Origin: Gammaproteobacteria bacterium | GTDB taxonomy: Bacteria > Pseudomonadota > Gammaproteobacteria > SZUA-229 | Direction of reading: 5' to 3' | NCBI GenBank assembly: GCA_029880105.1 | Contig: JAOUPA010000001.1 | Location: 1-46,552, forward strand | Length of the DNA: 46,552 nt | Shown: positions 21,487-29,827 of the stretch, piece after piece | How positions within the stretch are numbered: position 1 is the first letter of the stretch | Layout of the letters: each line of letters starts with the position of its first letter | The notes under the pieces: generated by a model | Told to the model about the DNA's origin: nothing | What the model saw: only the letters and a program-made list of their open reading frames with translations | Database searches by the model: none | Made by a program: the position numbers and the translations under genes

Positions 21487-22803
21487 CTAGAAAATGGATG
21501 ATTCACCCACTTTTACAATTTTAACTTCGCGTTGTGGATAAGGAATTTCAATCTGATGCTCTTTCAGGGCGTCCCATATCATTAGCAGAAGATCGCCGCC
21601 AACTCGGTGCTCACCATCATCAATGCCTTCCATCCAGAACTCGATCAGAATATCGACACCGGATTCACCAAAACCACTAATTTCAGCGTCGGGGAGTTCT
21701 TCAATTGGGAGATCCGGCCCAGTAAGTATCTTGGGGTGACTGGCGACAACCTCCTTGAGTAATTTAAACAGTTGGTGTAGATCCGTGCTATAGGCAACCT
21801 GAAAATTTATGGAATAGCGTTGCTTTTTGTTCTTGTGAGTCCAGTTGGTAAAACTGGTGGTGATAAACTGTTCATTGGGTACCATGATATCCTTACCATC
21901 ATAAGTCTCCAGTGTTGTCGAGCGCATATTCATTTCCCGAATCGTACCTTTCCGTCCATCAGCCAGTTCAATGAAGTCACCAATAGAAAGAGAGCGATCG
22001 AGTAACAGGATAATGCCAGAGATAAAATTGGACGCAATAGATTGCAGACCAAAACCCAGGCCAATACCCAGTGCGCCACCGAATACAGCAAGGGTAGTAA
22101 TATTTATGCCCATGGCCTGGAGTAAAAGTATAAAAATGATGACAAATAATGTGACCTGATACAGTTTGGCAAAAACCTCGCGAGTACCAAGATCAAGGTG
22201 TTGTTGTTGTCGAATGGCATTCTGGCCAACAATATTGGAGATTCTGCCGAGCCAGAAAAGAATAGATCCAAAGACAAAGACGCGTGCGACACCGTAGGCA
22301 GAGAGCCTGATATTGCCAATTTCAATATAAAGAGAATCAAGGTAAGTAGTTACATAATTGAGCAGGCCAAAGGTATGCAGGAGTGCAACAGGAACGGCAA
22401 TCCATTTAAAAATGGCCTTGATAAAGTAACTGGAAACAAAGCGTAAAATGAACAGGTAAAACATCAGTATGACGGCAAGGCCTTCAGCCGTGCGCACTAA
22501 CCAGGATTGTTTGATGAAGTGGTCGCTAAAATCTATGGCCATGGCCATAAATAAAATAATAAACAGCGGAAATAGCAGGTCCTTGATCTGGTAAATGCCG
22601 TAATGTATGGAAAATAATGATGTTTTATGACTTGGCTGTCTTAGCAAGGGAGAGTGTTTTTTTATCAGCAGGGATAGCGCATAAGCAAATGTAATGGTTA
22701 AAACAATAATGCCAATCTGGGAATAGAACTCAGGACTGTTAAATACATTAACAGTAGCTAATATAAATTGTTGTAGCTGTTCCTGAATTAAACTAGCATT
22801 CAT
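21487..22803 (-). CDS. MscS-family mechanosensitive ion channel
   Basis: GGALGIGLGFGLQSIASNFISGIILLLDRSLSIGDFIEL...TLETYDGKDIMVPNEQF is the MscS pore helix and beta-domain. Multiple extra N-terminal TM segments. The ATG at 22803 has a GGAG RBS 7 nt upstream. The ORF-track TTG is at 22863. Confidence 0.85.
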   Translation of the reverse strand: MNASLIQEQLQQFILATVNVFNSPEFYSQIGIIVLTITFAYALSLLIKKHSPLLRQPSHKTSLFSIHYGIYQIKDLLFPLFIILFMAMAIDFSDHFIKQSWLVRTAEGLAVILMFYLFILRFVSSYFIKAIFKWIAVPVALLHTFGLLNYVTTYLDSLYIEIGNIRLSAYGVARVFVFGSILFWLGRISNIVGQNAIRQQQHLDLGTREVFAKLYQVTLFVIIFILLLQAMGINITTLAVFGGALGIGLGFGLQSIASNFISGIILLLDRSLSIGDFIELADGRKGTIREMNMRSTTLETYDGKDIMVPNEQFITTSFTNWTHKNKKQRYSINFQVAYSTDLHQLFKLLKEVVASHPKILTGPDLPIEELPDAEISGFGESGVDILIEFWMEGIDDGEHRVGGDLLLMIWDALKEHQIEIPYPQREVKIVKVGESSIF

Positions 22804-22903
22804 AGTGACACTCCAGAAAATAAAGCACGTAAAATATGAACAGAGAGATAAGTATAAAACCAATTAATGAAGAGTGTACGAATTATATGGTGTGTCAGAG
22901 TTA

Positions 22904-23242
22904 TCAGGCAATTTTTATTCTTACCACCTTCATAAATTCAAACTCAAGACCTGCTATGGTTTCTGTTCTTGGGTAATAAGTAAGATTAATGCGCTCGCCC
23001 TTAAGATTCTTGTAGTGCTTCTTACGGCTATATTTAAAGGGTACGTCGCAGCCTTCTATCATAACGGTATTTAAGACCCAGTTGTCCTTGTCACGTTGTA
23101 CATGCGAAATAACCTTGGCCATTTCAGTATGGCTGAGTTTTGGGTGTTTTTTTAAGAGAGTTTTAGCTTCAGACTTCAAGGTAAATGACTTGGGTTGCAG
23201 GATTAGTATCAAAATAGGTGAAGTAAATATTGTTGTTGCCAA
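22904..23242 (-). CDS. hypothetical basic protein (start and frame uncertain)
   Basis: 112-aa TTG-initiated ORF that is K/R-rich (about 20 basic against 10 acidic residues). No family is recognised. A 35-codon ATG ORF (23169-23276) overlaps its 5' end in another frame, so a frameshift is possible. Confidence 0.45.
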   Translation of the reverse strand: MATTIFTSPILILILQPKSFTLKSEAKTLLKKHPKLSHTEMAKVISHVQRDKDNWVLNTVMIEGCDVPFKYSRKKHYKNLKGERINLTYYPRTETIAGLEFEFMKVVRIKIA

Positions 23243-23324
23243 TTTTGCTTAGGTAAATGAATTGATCATCAGTCATATTTTGATTCCAGGAATCGATTGA
23301 TCAAAGGTGCGCAGGTTAGATTAT

Positions 23325-23615
23325 CTAATTAATTGTGCTGGCGTCCTTTTCTTCCAGTAAGACCTGGTTGTCGTAAGCCGCAAGAATCTTTTCGAAGATT
23401 CCAATTTCGTCGTCTTCACCTGTCTCGAATTCATAGGTGTCAGGCTCTGCACCAAGGATCTTTTCGAAGCGGTCGATTTCGTAGGCTAGTTCTGGGTCAA
23501 ACTTCATCGCCTTCATGTACATATTGCGCGCACTGGTGAGAAATTCATCGCGGAAATCGGGGTCACGATTGATGCGTTCGCGAGTTTCGGCTTTTTTATC
23601 GTCACTGAGCGACAT
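23325..23615 (-). CDS. hypothetical small acidic protein
   Basis: 96 aa. AGGAG RBS 7 nt upstream of the ATG. 26 D/E against 13 K/R. Predicted helical. Internal repeat EIxxFEKILxA occurs twice. No family is recognised. Confidence 0.6.
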   Translation of the reverse strand: MSLSDDKKAETRERINRDPDFRDEFLTSARNMYMKAMKFDPELAYEIDRFEKILGAEPDTYEFETGEDDEIGIFEKILAAYDNQVLLEEKDASTIN

Positions 23616-23744
23616 GGTGACTCTCCTGCATAGTTATTGGTGATGGCGAGAAGGCATAGAGTTTAACGCAGTAAGACTACACGCGGCCAGTTGTATGCAT
23701 TATGCCAGTGATAGCGGCAATTAAAACCCTTACCTGGTGAGGAG

Positions 23745-24230
23745 TTAGCCTAGCAGCGTGTCTTTGGCCTGATTAATCTGCGCTGCCAGGTAATCGGAAC
23801 CGCCGCGGTCAGGATGCACCTTCTGCATCATACGTTTGTGTGCTTTAATTATCTCTTCCTTGCTGGCATCAGGCTTGATGCCGAGAATTTCACTGGCCTG
23901 ATGCCGACTCATACCATTCTGCGCTTGTGCCTGCTGGTTATTTTGGTTTTGATGTGAAGAATGGCGTGCATGCTGGCGGAGCTTATTGAGTATCGGTAGG
24001 TAGCGCAGTAGCTGAATAGCCCTGGGAAGCATCGCAACTGCACCAGTAATTGCCGCAGTAATGAAATTGAGTCGGCCGGTAATGGCAAGAAAACCCAGTA
24101 CCACGATTACGCCACTGGCTATCGACCAGATAATCAGCTTCTTCTTTTCCTCGCCTCTGGCTTTACTGATTTTGAACCAGACTAGATAGGCGATGGCGGC
24201 TATAGCAAGAATGGTAACAAGGCGTGACAT
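23745..24230 (-). CDS. membrane-anchored J-domain protein (Pam18/Tim14-like)
   Basis: 161 aa. Three hydrophobic segments at the N-terminus, a Q/N-rich linker, then a C-terminal J-domain: ASEILGIKPDASKEEIIKAHKRMMQKVHPDRGGSDYLAAQINQAKDTL (HPD motif). Confidence 0.8.
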   Translation of the reverse strand: MSRLVTILAIAAIAYLVWFKISKARGEEKKKLIIWSIASGVIVVLGFLAITGRLNFITAAITGAVAMLPRAIQLLRYLPILNKLRQHARHSSHQNQNNQQAQAQNGMSRHQASEILGIKPDASKEEIIKAHKRMMQKVHPDRGGSDYLAAQINQAKDTLLG

Positions 24231-24270
24231 GGCGTGATTATACGGCGGTTGTAGGTTGTGTGAAATATAA

Positions 24271-24300
24271 TTGATCAGTGATTTTTATGACCACTATAAT
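24271..24300 (+). promoter_or_regulatory. candidate promoter giving a leaderless DUF924 mRNA
   Basis: TTGATC (24271-24276), an 18-nt spacer, then TATAAT (24295-24300). The ATG at 24307 lies only 6 nt after the -10 and there is no SD. Confidence 0.4.
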
Positions 24301-24306
24301 CGTACT

Positions 24307-24912
24307 ATGAACGAGACCATCGAAAATATACTGGAATACTGGTTCGGCGGCTTCCCCGACGCCTACAGTGCCGACCCGACACGCTTTAATATGTGGTTCG
24401 AAGAGGGTTACAAGTACGATCAGGAAATCTTTACTAAGTTTGGCGCAGTATACCAGCGTGCCGTAGAAGGCGAATTTGATCACTGGCTGGAAATGCCCAG
24501 GGGGCGTCTGGCGGTCATCCTGTTGCTTGACCAGTTCTCGCGGTATATCCATCGCGGTTACCCGGAGGCCTTTGCGCAGGATGAAAAGGCGCAGGCGATC
24601 TGTCTTGAGGGAATTGGTGCCGGCGATGATCTCAATTTACACCCAGTTGAACGCAGTTTTTTCTACCTGCCGTTACAGCATGCTGAGGAACTTAGTAAAC
24701 AGAAATACAGCGTACAGGCCTTTAACCAGTTGCTTGCTGATGTGCCAGAATCTCACCAGCGGCCGTACCGCGATATGCTGGAGTGTGCGATGAAGTACCA
24801 CTATATCATCGAAATCTACGGCCGTTTTCCTGATTTAAATGAAATCCTTGGTCGAGAAAGCACCGAGAAGGAAATAAAATTTATTGAAGAAGGCGGGTAC
24901 GAGTTTCTTTAG
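24307..24912 (+). CDS. DUF924 family protein
   Basis: MNETIENILEYWFGG... and ...LLDQFSRYIHRG... resemble DUF924 signatures. The ATG at 24307 is preferred to the ORF-track TTG at 24271. Confidence 0.75.
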   Translation: MNETIENILEYWFGGFPDAYSADPTRFNMWFEEGYKYDQEIFTKFGAVYQRAVEGEFDHWLEMPRGRLAVILLLDQFSRYIHRGYPEAFAQDEKAQAICLEGIGAGDDLNLHPVERSFFYLPLQHAEELSKQKYSVQAFNQLLADVPESHQRPYRDMLECAMKYHYIIEIYGRFPDLNEILGRESTEKEIKFIEEGGYEFL

Positions 24913-24930
24913 ATATGGCACTTTTCATTG

Positions 24931-25350
24931 TTAGCAGCCTATCTCACAGTCACGATCCAGAACCCAGCACCTTGGGTTATTCAAAAAACCAATATTCTCG
25001 TAATAGCTATTAGCAGCAGGTGCCGCGATAAGTATTAGCTTGCATTTTGGTCCAAGCTGTTGCTGTGTTAAAGCCTGTAGTTTTTTACCAATACCTTTTT
25101 TCTGGTGGGTTTCATCAACAGCCAGATCAGAGAGATAGCATGCATAATGAAAGTCGGTCACTGAGCGTGCGATACCAATAATTTTATCGCCATCCCAGGC
25201 AGAGACTACCAGGTTGCTGTTCTTTATCATGCCTTCAATACAATCGCGATTCTCAATGGGTCTGCGCTCACCCAGGCGTGAAGATTGAAGCAATTCAATG
25301 AACTGGTCCGTAGATATTAGGGTATTAATTTTATATTCAATAGCCATCAT
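24931..25350 (-). CDS. GNAT family N-acetyltransferase
   Basis: 139 aa. The acetyl-CoA binding motif HQKKGIGKKL (Q/RxxGxG/A) follows the YLSDLAVDE beta-strand. Confidence 0.8.
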   Translation of the reverse strand: MMAIEYKINTLISTDQFIELLQSSRLGERRPIENRDCIEGMIKNSNLVVSAWDGDKIIGIARSVTDFHYACYLSDLAVDETHQKKGIGKKLQALTQQQLGPKCKLILIAAPAANSYYENIGFLNNPRCWVLDRDCEIGC

Positions 25351-25456
25351 TTATTTTCGTGGCAGCTATTTTAACAGGATGTCAAAAATAGCCAGGTAAT
25401 ATTCAGATTTGTGCTTCAATGGTGCCAGCTGTATTAAGGATTGATATCTTTAAATA

Positions 25457-26275
25457 TTAATTTTTGACTGCAACCGTTTCAATCAGGCTGACGCGCTCTT
25501 CATCAAGGTTGCGATGCAGGTTGTAGGCCTTGGTCAGGATGTCGTGCCCCACTAACATATGTACGCCCAGTACGGGCAGTTTTGCCTCACCTGTGGGTTC
25601 GGTCATGTGCGCAAAGGCCTTCTGTGCGAGATCGGTCTTGTCATTCCAGATCTCTATTATGAAGCCTGCAGAAGTAATAACATCACGGAATGGATCTGGT
25701 GGCAGTAAAAAACTCATTGAGCTATCTTGAGCCCACGGTACCGGGAAGTAAACGGGTGTATTTTTATTGCCACAGACTTCGTACAAAACAGCACGGCCTC
25801 CGGGCTTGAGTACACGATAAAGCTCCTTTAGCCAGCCCAGTTTATCCTCAACGTTCATATTCATCTGGATCGACCAGGCGCCATCAAATGAATTGTCCTC
25901 AAACGGTAGTTCAAGTGCACTGGCAGCATGAAACGTTACCCGTTCCTGCATGCCCAGTAATTTCGTCAATCGCTCAGCAGCATCGATGTACTCATTGCTT
26001 AGATCAATACCGGTTACATAACAACCCGTCTCCTGCGACAGGCGCCGTGTTGAACCGCCAACACCGCAGCCAACATCAAGGATATGCATATCGGGTGTGA
26101 ACTGTGCGAGTTCAATCAGCTCTTTAGTAGCGACATCACCGCGGATATGAAACTCATCCACCGGCTGAAGATCATCCAGTGTCAGGCTGGATAAATCCCT
26201 GTCTAACTCATTAAGTCCATCAATAATTTTGTTGTATAAATCGTTCGGCGAGTAATAACTGTGTATGTGTTTCAT
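25457..26275 (-). CDS. class I SAM-dependent methyltransferase
   Basis: 272 aa. Motif I ILDVGCGVGGSTRRL, post-I D at GIDLS, motif II FDGAWS. The substrate is not inferable. Confidence 0.8.
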   Translation of the reverse strand: MKHIHSYYSPNDLYNKIIDGLNELDRDLSSLTLDDLQPVDEFHIRGDVATKELIELAQFTPDMHILDVGCGVGGSTRRLSQETGCYVTGIDLSNEYIDAAERLTKLLGMQERVTFHAASALELPFEDNSFDGAWSIQMNMNVEDKLGWLKELYRVLKPGGRAVLYEVCGNKNTPVYFPVPWAQDSSMSFLLPPDPFRDVITSAGFIIEIWNDKTDLAQKAFAHMTEPTGEAKLPVLGVHMLVGHDILTKAYNLHRNLDEERVSLIETVAVKN

Positions 26276-26323
26276 GTTTTTGCCTAGGTGCTAGCAGAGT
26301 GATGTAATATTGACTAATAAATG

Positions 26324-27994
26324 CTACTGGCCAACGTACTTATCACGTATCTCCCGGCGCAATATTTTGCCGACATTAGTTTTTGGTAGTTCGTTGACAA
26401 AAATAATGCTTTTCGGCACCTTGTAGGCAGTCAGGTTTTCCCGACAGTAAGCTTTAATTGTATCCTCTGTAAGTTCGGCGTTTTTCTTAACAATGACTGC
26501 CATCACCGATTCACCACACTTCTCATCGGGTCTGCCGACCACGCCAACTTCTAATACGTCGGGGTGCCCGGCAATGACACTTTCGACTTCATTGGGGAAG
26601 ACGTTGAAGCCAGAGACCAGGATCATATCTTTTTTACGATCGACAATTTTGATGTAGCCGTTCTCATCCATAATTCCGATGTCCCCTGTGTGCAACCAGC
26701 CGTCGTTACTGAGTACTCCCGCAGTTTCTTTGGGTCGCTGCCAGTAACCCTGCATCACCTGCGGGCCGCGAATGCAGATTTCACCCTGTTCACCTGTCGC
26801 CAGTTCATGCCATTCATCGTCCTGAATAGAGACTTCGGTAGATGAAATTGGTAGGCCGATCATGCCATTAAATTCTTTCATGTCTAGCGGATTGATGCAG
26901 GCGGCTGGTGAGGTCTCGGTCAGGCCATAGGCCTCGATGAGTGTGTGCCCCGTAACTTCCTGCCAGCGCTGCGCGACTGCGCGTTGTACTGACATACCGC
27001 CGCCCAGTGCCAGGATAAATTTTGAGAAATCGACATTTTTAAAATCAGGGTGATTGAGCAGGCCATTGAACAGGGTATTGACGCCGGTGATGACGGCAAA
27101 TTTGAGATTTTTTATTTCTTTGACAAAACCATTAATATCGCGTGGATTAGTGATCAGGTAATTAAGCCAGCCATGCTTCATAAAGGTCAGGCAGTTAGCG
27201 GTCAGTGAAAAGATGTGGTACAGCGGCAGGGCGGTGATGATGGTTTCAGGCTCATTATTGACCACGTTCTTGATCCAGGCTGAGGCCTGCTGCATATTGG
27301 CGACCATGTTCTTATTGGTAAGTACCGCGCCTTTGGAAACACCCGTCGTGCCGCCGGTGTATTGTAGAAAGGCGATGTCGTCGTGGTTGCAGGGTACTGT
27401 TTCAAAGCGGTGTTGTGCGCCGAGCCTGATCGCCTGTTTAAAAGCAACCGCATTGGGCAGGTGGTAACTGGGTACCATTTTTTTAATATACTTGATAACC
27501 AGATTAATGATGGCTGATTTTGGGAATTGCAGCATATCCCCCATTCTGGTCACGATAATATTTTTAACACCAGTTTCGGCGACGATTTTTTCGAGTACGT
27601 GGCAGAAGTTTTCAACGATAATAATGGTTTCTGCACCTGAATCATTTAGCTGGTGTTTGAGTTCGCGTGCGGTGTACAGTGGATTGGTATTTACCACGAC
27701 AAGGCCGGCACGAAGAGCGGCAAAAATGGCAACAGGGTTTTGCAGCAGATTGGGCATCATTATGGCAATACGGTCACCTTTTTTAAGGCCAAGGTCATTT
27801 TTTAAATAGGCGGCCAGCTGTGAAGTGTATTCATGGAGCTCTTTGTAGCTGATGGTTTTGCCAAAGTTGGAAAAGGCAGGGCGATTAGAATATTTTGTAA
27901 CACTGGTATCAAATACTTCTGCTACGGAGGCAAAATCATCAACAGAAATATTTTCAGGTACGCCCGGAGGATAACTCTTTAACCACGGTTTCAT
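26324..27994 (-). CDS. fadD: long-chain-fatty-acid--CoA ligase
   Basis: 556 aa, collinear by eye with E. coli FadD (MKPWLKSYPPGVPENI..., LQYTGGTTGVSKGAVLTNKNMVAN AMP-binding motif, ...GKILRRELRD-type C-terminus). Confidence 0.9.
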   Translation of the reverse strand: MKPWLKSYPPGVPENISVDDFASVAEVFDTSVTKYSNRPAFSNFGKTISYKELHEYTSQLAAYLKNDLGLKKGDRIAIMMPNLLQNPVAIFAALRAGLVVVNTNPLYTARELKHQLNDSGAETIIIVENFCHVLEKIVAETGVKNIIVTRMGDMLQFPKSAIINLVIKYIKKMVPSYHLPNAVAFKQAIRLGAQHRFETVPCNHDDIAFLQYTGGTTGVSKGAVLTNKNMVANMQQASAWIKNVVNNEPETIITALPLYHIFSLTANCLTFMKHGWLNYLITNPRDINGFVKEIKNLKFAVITGVNTLFNGLLNHPDFKNVDFSKFILALGGGMSVQRAVAQRWQEVTGHTLIEAYGLTETSPAACINPLDMKEFNGMIGLPISSTEVSIQDDEWHELATGEQGEICIRGPQVMQGYWQRPKETAGVLSNDGWLHTGDIGIMDENGYIKIVDRKKDMILVSGFNVFPNEVESVIAGHPDVLEVGVVGRPDEKCGESVMAVIVKKNAELTEDTIKAYCRENLTAYKVPKSIIFVNELPKTNVGKILRREIRDKYVGQ

Positions 27995-28087
27995 ACTACG
28001 CTCCTTTGAAATGATATCAATATGCGCTTAAGGATAGCGCGACTACAAATTTATTGCACTCGATAAATGAAGTGATTATATCCGTCT

Positions 28088-29350
28088 TTATTCAATCCAC
28101 CAGAGTGAGAGCTCCGGGAAATAGGTGACAATCAATAGCCAGATGAACATTAAAAACAGAAATGGCAAGGTTGATTTGAACAGTTTTATAACCGGTTCAT
28201 TAAAACGCTGACTGGCAATAAAAAGATTGATACCTACCGGCGGTGTGGAATAGCCGATTTCAAGGTTGGCAAGGAAGATAATGCCCAGGTGGACAGGGTC
28301 AATACCGTAGCGAACGGCCAGGGGTAGTATCAGTGGTACAACCACGACAATGGCGGAAAAAATATCCATCATTGCGCCGACCAGAAGCAGGAACAAATTG
28401 AGCAGTAATAAAAATTCAAGCTTACTGTCGATGTGATGCTCCAGTATGGCCAGCATCTTCATGGGAATCTGGGCATCGACTAATAAATTGGTCAGGCCGA
28501 GTGCAATCAGCAGGATAATCAGCAGGCTGCCGAACAGGATACTGGCTTCGGCCAATATGGTTAGAGATTGGCTGCGTAAATTGATTTCGCGATAAATAAC
28601 GGTTTCAACGACAAGCACATAGGCAGCAGTAGCGGCCGCTGCTTCTGTAATAGAAACAAAACCACCAAAGATACCAACGATGATGGCAACGGGTAGCATT
28701 AAATCCCAGAAGGATGAGCGGATACTGTTGATCAGTGTGCCGAATTTAAAATGGGTGCGTTCAACTTTATGCTGCTGTCCCATAAACATGCTATAGACTG
28801 CCAGCATCAACATCAGCAATAGACCCGGAACAATACCAGCCATGAATAATTGTTCAATGCTGACACCGGCAACAATACCAAAAATTAAAATCGCTAGGCT
28901 GGGCGGAAATAAAAGTCCGAGAGAGCCTGAAGTTGTCAGCAGGCCGAGAGAAAATTTATTTCTGTATCCCTCCTGGATGAGTATCGGATAGAGCAGGCCA
29001 CCGAGGGCGAGTATGGTAACGCCAGAGGCACCGGAAAACATGGTAAAGAAGGCGCAGGCACCGATGGTGGCGATAGCGATGCCACCTGGCAACCAGCCGA
29101 AAGCAGCATGAAAAAACACGACTAGTCGCTGTGCTGCACCACCGGATGACATCACTACGCCTGAAAGGATAAATAACGGTAGTGCAATCATATTGGGTGA
29201 TGCTGCCAGACGATTCATTTCGATGATAAGCAGGTCGGTACTGAGATCGAGTCCATAGCTGGCGAGAAGACCTCCGGCAGCGAGTACCGAAAATAGCGGT
29301 GCACCCAGCAGTGCAATCAAAATTAAAAGAATTGTTGCCGTCGTAATCAT
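28088..29350 (-). CDS. dctM: TRAP transporter large permease subunit
   Basis: 420-aa polytopic DctM-like protein. Its ATG overlaps the dctQ stop (ATGA). Confidence 0.88.
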   Translation of the reverse strand: MITTATILLILIALLGAPLFSVLAAGGLLASYGLDLSTDLLIIEMNRLAASPNMIALPLFILSGVVMSSGGAAQRLVVFFHAAFGWLPGGIAIATIGACAFFTMFSGASGVTILALGGLLYPILIQEGYRNKFSLGLLTTSGSLGLLFPPSLAILIFGIVAGVSIEQLFMAGIVPGLLLMLMLAVYSMFMGQQHKVERTHFKFGTLINSIRSSFWDLMLPVAIIVGIFGGFVSITEAAAATAAYVLVVETVIYREINLRSQSLTILAEASILFGSLLIILLIALGLTNLLVDAQIPMKMLAILEHHIDSKLEFLLLLNLFLLLVGAMMDIFSAIVVVVPLILPLAVRYGIDPVHLGIIFLANLEIGYSTPPVGINLFIASQRFNEPVIKLFKSTLPFLFLMFIWLLIVTYFPELSLWWIE

Positions 29351-29823
29351 GGTTCGCCAGCTTCAGAAGTTGCAGGCTTAAAACATAGAATAAAAAAATG
29401 CAGGCTGAGCAGTGCAAAACCGAGTGGGTATATCAGTGTAAAAGGCAGTGTCCAACGCTCGTTGGCGGGCGCGTACTCCCACTCATCCAGGGTGAACTGA
29501 AGTGCTGGATAACAGAGGCCGGCACAAACAAGTGTAGTAAATAGTAATAATGGTACGCGCAGTTGGCCCAACTGTTTTTTGTTTAATAGTGGAGTCAGTG
29601 CATCTATTTTTATATGGCGTAACTGGGAGGTGGCGAGTACTGAGCCCATGGCACCACACGTCACTAGCAAATGCCGATTTATGATGTCGATTTCCGGATA
29701 GCCGAAATCCAGAGTATTGCGAATAATAATCTGAAAAATAGAAAGCACAAGAATCAGGAACAGACTACCGGCGGCGATCCAGCTCTCCAGAATGATCAGT
29801 TTTTTTTCAAAATTTTGTAACAA
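29347..29823 (-). CDS. dctQ: TRAP transporter small permease subunit
   Basis: 158 aa, four TM segments, located between dctP and dctM. TTG start 4 nt after the dctP stop. Confidence 0.8.
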   Translation of the reverse strand: MLQNFEKKLIILESWIAAGSLFLILVLSIFQIIIRNTLDFGYPEIDIINRHLLVTCGAMGSVLATSQLRHIKIDALTPLLNKKQLGQLRVPLLLFTTLVCAGLCYPALQFTLDEWEYAPANERWTLPFTLIYPLGFALLSLHFFILCFKPATSEAGEP

Positions 29824-29827
29824 GTGT

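Noticed and set aside
23105-23152. The segment KKHPKLSHTEMAKVIS of the basic hypothetical protein resembles the helix1-helix2 turn of eukaryotic HMG boxes (…ENPKMHNSEISKRLG…).
   Set aside because: The similarity is only a short patch. The conserved Trp is out of register, and the rest of the protein looks beta-rich with no helix 3. It is most likely coincidence.
25365-25392. Perfect 8-bp inverted repeat GCTATTTT-N12-AAAATAGC between the methyltransferase and GNAT genes.
   Set aside because: The stem is AT-rich and is not followed by a U-tract on the coding (minus) strand, so it is not a convincing terminator. No second copy was seen in the window to suggest a repeat family.
28956-29417. 153-aa minus-strand ORF overlapping the dctQ/dctM junction in another frame.
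   Set aside because: It overlaps two confidently identified TRAP permease genes and gives a Cys/Arg-rich nonsense-like translation. It is an out-of-frame artefact.
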